Shown piece after piece: positions 23,360 through 30,859 of a stretch of DNA of 30,859 bases. Every line of letters begins with the position of its first letter. Positions within the stretch are counted from its first letter, which is position 1. This DNA comes from a virus (lineage: Duplodnaviria > Heunggongvirae > Uroviricota > Caudoviricetes): IMG/VR virus record IMGVR_UViG_2740892488_000014, one strand, 5' to 3'. A model generated the notes under the pieces. It was given only the letters and a program-made list of their open reading frames with translations. It did not search any database and was not told the DNA's origin. Both the position numbers and the translations under genes were made by a program.

Positions 23360-24536
23360 AAATAAAATTTACGCAGTACTGACAGACCGTGGCGCACAAC
23401 TTGAAGCCGCTGCGCTGGCATCGGGTGTACCCGTGGTGCTGAATAAATTCGTTATTGGCGACGCAAACGGAAACGACGACGTAACACCGGACCCGGCACG
23501 AACTGCATTAATTCACGAGACGTATCGTGGGGATATTAAATCCGCAGAAAATAGCGGTAACCAGGTTATCTTTACACTTTACGTACCGCCAGACACTGGG
23601 GGCTATACTATCCGTGAGGTGGGGATATTAACAGATAAAGGCGAGCTGTACTCTGTGGCGCGCTCGCCGGACATTTTAAAACCTACGGACAGCAACGGTG
23701 CGCTGATTTCAATCACGTATAAATACACACTCGCGGTGTCCAGCACATCTACGGTTAATGTTGTAGTATATGACAACTACGTAACTCCCGAGGAAGCTGA
23801 CAAAAAATATTTGCAGATAAGTAAAAACTTATCTGAAATTCCCGCAAATGGTGAAACTGCTCAGCAGGCTGCGCGGAAAAATATTGGTATAGATGGGGAC
23901 GTTGCATATAGAGATAAGGGTAATGCATTTACTCATCCAAATACTTTTAAAGATGATGTGATTTTTGAAGACGTTTTATCCTCTAAAAAACAAATAAATA
24001 TAAACAAACCGGGCACTGATTTGACGTTGTTTTCATTTGCTGGTTTATCAGATGTGTCGGGCGATTATTTAGATTTTTCGACCCGTGGAGAAAACAATCA
24101 GAAGGTTTTTTATAGATTACGCGGAGTTCACTATGATGGCCTGGTGTTACTGTGCGGCGGGCAGACGTATAAATACTGGAATGAGGCTAATCTTAAACCG
24201 GTTAAAACGATTAACGGGGAGTCGCCGGATGAAAATGGCAACATAGATATAAGTCTTTCACCGGACCCATCACCGGAAATAGGTGTTGTTGGCGCGGTTG
24301 GTACTTATGCGCTTGTCGCTATTAATCATGCACCACAAATACTCCCGGGCTCCATATGGGCTGGAGGGGATTTATATTACGCTAGTATAAATAATACCGG
24401 TTCATATAACACGGATATTGCCACAAAACCATTTTATGACACACCACTTATTGGCTCATGGCGAGCCATGGCGTATTCACCCGGTGGAGTCGGTGATATT
24501 GGGACTGCCTGTTTTTTAGCTATTAGGATTGCGTAA
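23352..24536 (+). CDS. Tail fibre protein (P2 gpH-type N-terminus, DUF3751; divergent low-GC distal part)
   Basis: The N-terminus YAVLTDRGAQLEAAALASG..VLNKFVIGDANG...IREVGILTDKGELYSVAR is typical of the conserved fibre shoulder. YLQISKNLSEI...AARKNIGI is the usual junction motif. The C-terminal receptor-binding part is unrelated and AT-rich. Confidence 0.85.
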   Translation: MAENKIYAVLTDRGAQLEAAALASGVPVVLNKFVIGDANGNDDVTPDPARTALIHETYRGDIKSAENSGNQVIFTLYVPPDTGGYTIREVGILTDKGELYSVARSPDILKPTDSNGALISITYKYTLAVSSTSTVNVVVYDNYVTPEEADKKYLQISKNLSEIPANGETAQQAARKNIGIDGDVAYRDKGNAFTHPNTFKDDVIFEDVLSSKKQININKPGTDLTLFSFAGLSDVSGDYLDFSTRGENNQKVFYRLRGVHYDGLVLLCGGQTYKYWNEANLKPVKTINGESPDENGNIDISLSPDPSPEIGVVGAVGTYALVAINHAPQILPGSIWAGGDLYYASINNTGSYNTDIATKPFYDTPLIGSWRAMAYSPGGVGDIGTACFLAIRIA

Positions 24537-24925
24537 TGATAAGCGTTGATTCATTTAGAAAAATAACAAACCCTGTTTTTAATGACGAGCATGGGTTATC
24601 TATAAATATTATTTGCGATATTGACGGGATTGGAAACGACATTCCATTCACCGCAATGAAAAATGATTGCGAGGAACACGGTAGGGTTTTATATGAAAGA
24701 GCGCTGAGCGGGGATTATGGGAGCATTTCTAAATTTGTAAAAAAAGAGCAGACGCAAAAACTCCAGACTACATTACGGACTGTTGGCGATCTGTCAATTG
24801 AGGCATTCTCAATTCAGTGTGCAGTAGATGCCGGAACCGCATCTGACGCGCAAATCGAAAATTTGGCCGAGCTTAAAGAAGCAATAGCGACGCGAATTGG
24901 TGAAAATAGAGAAGGAATAAAATGA
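24536..24925 (+). CDS. Tail fibre assembly chaperone candidate (gpG/Tfa position)
   Basis: 129-aa ORF overlapping the fibre stop (TAATG). It has the usual position and size, is low in GC like the fibre tip, and shows weak motif support only. Confidence 0.5.
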   Translation: MISVDSFRKITNPVFNDEHGLSINIICDIDGIGNDIPFTAMKNDCEEHGRVLYERALSGDYGSISKFVKKEQTQKLQTTLRTVGDLSIEAFSIQCAVDAGTASDAQIENLAELKEAIATRIGENREGIK

Positions 24926-26425
24926 GCGTAACTAATTTTTTACACGGTATTCGCACGCTCGAATACGACGACGGCACAAAAGAGATCAACACAGTAGATA
25001 TTTCCGTGATTGGGATTGTTGGTACTGCTCCCGATTCCAGCTACCCAACTTGTGCATCACTATTATGGGGATCAGAGCTCGCAGACAATCTTGTTGAGTT
25101 TTCGACTGTCATGCCAGGGGCCGACGGAAACAACTGGATTGTTGAAATTGTTGATTTGGGAATTAACGGGAATGTAGCAACTCCAGGATACAGCACACTG
25201 CCCGACGGTTCGAGAAAATTAACAATGATCACGGACGGTGCCATGACCCCGTCAAAAATGTACGATCAGAACCAGCAGTATAAAGAAGGACTCCAGATTG
25301 GAGAATATATTAACGTCACATTCGGTGGTGATCACGCAGGAACGGGGACTGTATTCGCGCTCCCCCCAACAAATTTATCCGGTGGTAAAGACGAATCGTT
25401 CAAATATAATGTTCCGACGTTAATTGCAGGCAGTCAAAAAAAAAGCTGGATTGCTCGGTGGGTCTGGAACCCTTCCTCCCGCTGTATCTGAAATACTAAA
25501 TCAGGAGGATGCCATTATTGTTGTTGTCCGCGTCGAAGAGGACAGCGACGAAACAAAAATGCGGCAGAACGTCGTTAACGGGATTAACGCATTGTTGACG
25601 TCTGCGCAAATAAATCAAGTAACGCCGAGAATTTTAATCGCTCCAGATTATAGTGCTAACGATTATATTGCAGAACAACTTGAAGTGGTGACAAATAAAT
25701 TACGAGGCGTTGGATATATCGATTCACCGCGAGGCGCTACGCCTGCTGACGTTGTAAATCGTCGTCAGAGGTACGGCGGCAGAATGGAAATTCTGCGCCC
25801 TCGTGTTTATTCTACGAGTGATGTTAGTGGTTTATCTCGTCCGTATTCAGCTATCGCTGCTGGTTTACGAGCCAGAATTGATAACGAAAAAGGGTTTTGG
25901 TGGAGCAAATCGAATCAAAATATCTACGGAATTACAGGACTCGAACAAGTCGATGATTTTATAATCGGTGAAACGAACTGCACAGCAAATCTGCTGAACG
26001 CCAGCCAGGTCAGCACAATTATTCGCTATGATGGATTCAGACACTGGGGTAACTATCTGTGTAGCCTCAGTCCCCAATGGTCCTTTGAATGCGTTCGTCG
26101 GACAGCTGACGTAATTGAGGATTCAATAGCCCGGGCAATGATGACCGATTTTATTGATCGCCCGATAGACCTGCACCTCGGAACAGACGTTGTAGAGTCG
26201 ATAAACGCGTATCTGCATAAATTAGAGGAGCAGGGCGCGATTAACGGAGGACGGGCGTGGTTAGATGAAGAGTTAAATACAAAAGAAAGTCTGGCCGCTG
26301 GTAATCTTTATATTAATGTTGACTTTGGACCGAAATCCCCGGCACAAACAATTACGTTAATGTACCGCATTAATAATGATTACACAGTTGAAGCTCTGGC
26401 CTCTCTTTTTAAAGAAACAGTCTAA
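24922..26425 (+). CDS. Contractile tail sheath protein (P2 FI-like); frameshifted as sequenced
   Basis: The N-terminus FLHGIRTLEYDDGTKEINTVDISVIGIVGTAP parallels P2 FI [30 protein letters not shown]. The later block LLNASQVSTIIRYDGFRHWGN parallels LLNESGVTTLIRRDGFRFWGN. Track ORFs 24922-25491 and 25424-26425 join at the A9 run at 25436-25444. Confidence 0.92.
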
Positions 26426-26442
26426 TAATCTGGAGAATTGAT

Positions 26443-26955
26443 ATGGCAGATAGTAACACCTATCGTGCATTTGCGTTGTTCGTCCAGGGAGAACGAGTTT
26501 TAAATTGCACTGAATACACTCCCGTCGATATGAAAATAATCGAAGATGATTTTAAGACGGGCGCTATGGATACAGCTATCACTCTGGACGGGGGAATGGA
26601 GAAAATGTCAGCCAGTTTTAAAGTCTCTGGCTCCGATTCTGGTGTGATGGGGTATTTGGGATTAATACCAGGTGCTAAAACAAGGTTCGAAATTCGAAGT
26701 GCATATACTGACAATTACGGTGTCAATTTTGAACGTATTGATACATATGAGGGGCTTATTACGGCGATTACTGATGACGCGCAGGGGACTGATTCAAAAT
26801 CAGCAGTTGGGCAATCAGTAACGATTGCGCCGAGCTATTATAAACGAGTTCAAAATGGAAAAATTATTTACGAGATTCATCCTGCAAAAATGAAACGAGT
26901 AATTAATGGTGTTGACGTTCTTGCGGGCGTTGCTCGTATTCTCCATGTATATTAA
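26443..26955 (+). CDS. Tail tube protein (P2 FII-like)
   Basis: 170-aa ORF directly after the sheath gene. Its size and position are typical of the family. Confidence 0.8.
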   Translation: MADSNTYRAFALFVQGERVLNCTEYTPVDMKIIEDDFKTGAMDTAITLDGGMEKMSASFKVSGSDSGVMGYLGLIPGAKTRFEIRSAYTDNYGVNFERIDTYEGLITAITDDAQGTDSKSAVGQSVTIAPSYYKRVQNGKIIYEIHPAKMKRVINGVDVLAGVARILHVY

Positions 26956-26967
26956 AAGGCAAATAAA

Positions 26968-27249
26968 ATGGAATCATTATTAGACAGTATGACTATTACG
27001 CTCTCTCGCCCGTTTATTATTAAGGGGGAGAGCCGCGATACAATTACTATTCGCGAACCAAAATTACGCGACCGCATTATGTTCAGTAACGATAAAAGTG
27101 GTCTTGAAGAGCGGACAGCGACAATGCTGGCGCGCCTGGCAAATCTGGAGCGTGAGGATTTATATGCACTGCCTGCGTGCGATTACGATCAAATGGAGGC
27201 CGCATTTAACGAACTGGTAAAGCCTCCGAAAGACCGACATCAGATATAG
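26968..27249 (+). CDS. Tail assembly chaperone gpE-like
   Basis: 93-aa ORF between the tube and tape-measure genes. Confidence 0.75.
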   Translation: MESLLDSMTITLSRPFIIKGESRDTITIREPKLRDRIMFSNDKSGLEERTATMLARLANLEREDLYALPACDYDQMEAAFNELVKPPKDRHQI

Positions 27250-27380
27250 TTATTCTGATTCCGTTTATTGCGAAAAAACTTGCCATCCCGCCCGATACGC
27301 AAATGGACCTGCCGTACCGGGTTTTTAATTTCTATGTAAACGAGGTCATGAAAATCGATGGCTATTTCTCAAAACTTTAA
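26968..27380 (+). CDS. Tail assembly chaperone E+E'-like fusion made by programmed -1 frameshifting
   Basis: The -1 frame is open from 27210 to the TAA at 27378-27380 (..IVILIPFIAKKLAIPPDTQMDLPYRVFNFYVNEVMKIDGYFSKL) and overlaps the tape-measure start. The candidate slip site is GGTAAAG at 27216-27222, which is non-canonical. Confidence 0.5.
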
Positions 27381-28997
27381 AACGCAGGTTGTATTCGGTG
27401 GGCGAATAGACCCGTCGTTTCGTCGCGGTACAACAGAACTCAATGATGCGATTCGGCAGACGTCGTCTACTGTCGGGAAATTAACGAAAAGTCAGGATAA
27501 ATTAAAAGACAAAATCGCAGCAATGAAACTGGCAGGTAAAGACGTTTCTGATTTATCTGCTCAGTATCAAAAGCTGGACCGTCGAATAAAAGCGACAACG
27601 CAGGACCAGGAGGCGCTGAATACTCAACTTGCTAAAAAACAGCGGCTGGAGAAGTGGACGGGTCGCGCAAAAGGAGCTGCAAAATGGGGCGGACGAGCCG
27701 CCGCAGGTGCGGTGAGGGCTACGGGGCGGGGTATCAAATGGGGGACACTTGGCGCGGCAGGGCTCATTGGCGGTGCTGCAGCTGGTGCGCTGGCAATGAA
27801 TGCAGAGACGTCAGAAAAACTCGGTCTGGCGAAGTCCTACGGCGTTGGCGTCGAAAAATACGCTGCGTGGGAAAATATTGGTAAAGCCGCGGGCCTGAAC
27901 GGCGAAAATATCGGGGATTTGTCTGAAGAACTTACAAATAAAATCGGCGAAATCGGAAACGAAAAAAGCCTGAATCCCATGTTATTTCAAATTGGCCTGA
28001 CGAAAAAACGAATGGCTGGCTGGGATCGGGAAAAACAGTTTAATGAGGTTATGCGTCGCATCTCTGAAATGAAAGATGAGAAGCAAGCGGCGAGCCTCGC
28101 TGACCAGCTCATGGGGGGCGAGGCTAATAAGATCATGACGTATATGAAGGCGACGGGTAAAAGCTGGGAACAGACAATGTCTGACGCGCAAAAGTCGAAT
28201 TTGTTAACAAAAGAGGGTGCGGAAGGGGCGGCGCGTGCGCATGTATCAGTGACAAATCTGTGGGGCTCTATTACGTCGGGACTTGCAGATACACTCGGTA
28301 AAATCGGGGGGGAACTCGCGCCGACGTTTGACTCAGTACGTGAAACATTTACATCCTGGTTTAAGGATAATCAGGGTGGTTTTGTCAGCACAATTACTGA
28401 GTGGGTAAAACCAGAAAATATGAAAAAATGTGGGATGGCATCGTCAATTTTGGAGAAGGTTGCGTCAAATTCGGGAAGATTATATGGGCTGTCGTAAAGA
28501 AACTGGAGTGGCTTATTCCGGATGAAAAATCAGATGAAGAACAGAAAACTTATAATGACGAATATAATCGGGCATATCAAGAGTTTATGGATTCGGGAGG
28601 TAAATATTCACCGAACGCTGGATTGACTGCTGATAATATTGCGAAGGCAAAAGCCGAAGAGGCTGTCGAAAATATGCGGCATCCAGAACGGCAAGAACAG
28701 GCAAAATCTCAGGCAGAATCAATGCTCGCGTTTGTTAATCCATTATCCGGGATGGTAAATAAAAATACCGCGCCTGCAGCACTGGATTCGTCGACGTTAA
28801 ATATTGATACGTTGAAGCAGGCAGTCTCGACACCTGCGCCGGAGCAAAACAATAAAATCGAAATCAATATTGTCGGTGCGACAGATCCGCAGTCAATACA
28901 ACAATCTGCAGCGTCGGGGGTGCTCGATGGACTGAGACAGGCTGCGAGTTCGTACAATCGTGGCGCGATGTTTGATAAACCAGCTGCGGCGGGGTGA
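27358..28997 (+). CDS. Tail tape measure protein (P2 gpT-like); frameshifted as sequenced
   Basis: It is coiled-coil and Gly/Ala-rich with a hydrophobic WGTLGAAGLIGGAAAGALA segment. Track ORFs 27358-28497 and 28401-28997 join (..ENMKK|MWDGIVNFGEG..) if one A is added to the A6 run at 28423-28428. Confidence 0.85.
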
Positions 28998-29422
28998 CAA
29001 TGAGTGATGCAATAAACGGTGCTGAGGATATCATGCTCGGCCTGGGTGATTTCATTTTTGCTATATCAACAGTAGCGTACAACAAACTGCAACGTAGTGA
29101 CGCCTGGCGCTGGGCTCAGCAAACACGATTCGGGAAAAACGACGCGTTGCAGATAACCGGACGACCGAACCCCACAATTACTATCGATGGAAAGATAAAC
29201 GCTTTATTTCTTGACGGGTGCGGCGTCGGCCTGTTGACAGATTTGCGAGCGCTCGGGAACACGGGAGAACCCCAGCAGCTAGTGCTGGGGACCGGGGAGG
29301 TGAAAGGGTACTGGGTGCTGCGAGAACTAACTGAAACGCAAAACAGCTTTTTGATGGGCGGAACACCTAAATCGCAGGACTTTTCACTCACGCTCGAATA
29401 TTATGGAGCTTCGCTAGATTAA
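28994..29422 (+). CDS. Tail protein gpU-like
   Basis: 142-aa ORF overlapping the tape-measure stop, in the conserved T-U-X-D order seen in P2-type tails and R-type pyocins. Confidence 0.75.
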   Translation: MTMSDAINGAEDIMLGLGDFIFAISTVAYNKLQRSDAWRWAQQTRFGKNDALQITGRPNPTITIDGKINALFLDGCGVGLLTDLRALGNTGEPQQLVLGTGEVKGYWVLRELTETQNSFLMGGTPKSQDFSLTLEYYGASLD

Positions 29423-29597
29423 TACAAAATCAAGCGCTACCAGAGCACTTAACAAGTATAAAAATAATAAAAAAAAACTACGAACATAAATGTAAAACAA
29501 CCTGATGGTATTTTTTTTTGACGCCGAAATACTAATACCTCTCCGACTACTAAAATTAATTCTCATTATGAAATCCTTTTAATTAATGGGGCCCCAA

Positions 29598-29811
29598 ATG
29601 ATTACATACACTACACGGGACGGTGACCGTCTCGATCAGATCTGCCTTGCGGTCTACGGGAGAGCGTCAAAAACGACAGAGACTGTTTTATATCAGGTTT
29701 CGAATTACGGCGTAACGGATATGTGTGCCGTGTTTCGTGCTGGAGAAAAAAATTGTTTTACCAGATATCGAACCAGAGCCGGTTAAAAAAGAAACGCAAT
29801 TATGGGATTGA
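29598..29811 (+). CDS. Tail protein gpX-like (LysM-like); frameshifted as sequenced
   Basis: MITYTTRDGDRLDQICLAVYGR...TVLYQ parallels P2 gpX (MKTFALQGDTLDAICVRYYGR..ETVLAAN). Removing one A from the A7 run at 29746-29752 restores ..AGEKIVLPDIEPEPVKKETQLWD*, ending 3 nt before the gpD-like ATG. Confidence 0.8.
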
Positions 29812-29814
29812 TGA

Positions 29815-30859
29815 ATGAGTGATTACGTAAATACTGGCGTGGAGGCGTGGAAACCTAATTTTTATATATCTGCTGATAATAAAAACATCACGGATAAAAT
29901 AAGAAAAGGTTTGATCAATATCACGCTGACAGATTACGGCGGCTCCAGTAAACAGACAGACGAACTCCGCGTAGCAATAGTTTCTGAAACTCTGAAAATT
30001 CCGGCCCGCGGAGTAAAAATCAGTATTGGGCTCGGTTTCGGTAATCAGATAATTGATAAAGGGATATACATCGTTGACGGTGCTAGCAGTGGCGGTGAAC
30101 CCCGGGTAGTTGATTTCACAGCAAAAGCGGCTCCGATGAACGCAGCAAAAGGATCTCCGACAGTTCAGAGCAAAAAGACTCGTTCCTGGAGCGACGTCAC
30201 TGTCAGCGATATCGTTGCGACAATAGCGAGCGATAATGGGCTAAAACCACGCGTATCAAAGCGGTTTGCAGACAATGTTATCACGCAACTCGATCAGGTC
30301 GGCGAGTCAGATATGCACCTGATGTCGCGGCTCGCAACGAGATTCGATGCGGTGAGTAAACCCGCGGGCGGGTACTGGATATTCCTGCCGCGCGGCGCGG
30401 GCGAATCTGTTAGCGGTGCTCCGCTCCAGCACTACACGCTAACTCGTCGTGATAACTCCAGCTGGGGCTATTCGAGAAATGGACAAAGTGGCGATAGTGG
30501 TAGCGGTGGCGAAAATCCGGAACCGACGTATCTGATTAAATATCACGACACAGCAACTGGGCAGATCAAAGAATTGCGGACAAGGTAGTGGCGGCGATCC
30601 TGTCATTGAATGGCCGGCAGTTGAGCCGTCGCTCGACGCAGCGAAAGAAGCTGCACCAGGGCTCAAGGGCGGTGCAGCTAAAAAAGAGTTCTCTATGACG
30701 TACACGACGCCAGCGACGCTCGATTTAGTGTCGCTGACAGCAGAATGCAAAGTCACAACTCAAGGTTTCGGGACCGAGGAGGACCGGGACTGGACTATCA
30801 ACACACTGAGTCTGACGCTCGCTGAAAACGGTTTTTCGGTTCGGCTGTCTCTGGAGTAA
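29815..30859 (+). CDS. Tail late-control/baseplate hub protein gpD-like; frameshifted as sequenced
   Basis: The N-terminal part is the 29815-30588 ORF. The C-terminal part is in the next frame (..GSGGDPVIEWPAVEPSLDAAKEA...EEDRDWTINTLSLTLAENGFSVRLSLE*) and parallels the P2 gpD C-terminus (..IDEQDWTITKVTHFLNNSGFTTSLELE). The junction is near 30580-30585 (ACAAGG), with no long homopolymer. Confidence 0.85.

Overview
This window is an enterobacterial (E. coli/Shigella-like) prophage fragment, with no rRNA, tRNA or CRISPR array recognised. It has three parts.

(1) 1-543 is the right-hand end of an IS911-like IS3-family element, cut by the window edge.

(2) 544-7610 is an accessory or immunity-side region with no integrase or replication genes. 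It holds:
- a decayed gene remnant;
- a very AT-rich two-ORF cassette preceded by a duplicated palindromic promoter/operator block;
- a minus-strand ImmA/IrrE-peptidase plus two-TM membrane protein operon;
- a divergent pair, a 77-aa HTH-like protein and a 213-aa protein, sharing TGCAAAT-containing palindromes;
- a 1.9-kb ISL3-family unit whose terminal inverted repeats enclose both the transposase and an orphan ClbS/DfsB (DUF1706, colibactin-resistance type) gene.

(3) 7611-30859 is a co-linear plus-strand late region:
- nin-type genes (DUF1367-like, YbcO-like) and a Q-type antiterminator;
- a late promoter/terminator and a lysis cassette;
- a minus-strand moron at the lambda bor position, then a cos-like site;
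- a lambda-type packaging and head module (Nu1, A, W, B, C, D, E, Fi, FII homologues);
- a P2-type contractile tail module (V, W, J, I, H, G, FI, FII, E/E+E', T, U, X, D homologues).

At least 13 genes are interrupted. Almost every break is a single extra base inside a homopolymer run of 6 nt or more. That pattern looks like base-calling error rather than genuine decay.

The best candidates for something new are the ISL3::clbS-like unit, the ImmA/membrane-protein/HTH module, and the AT-rich cassette.
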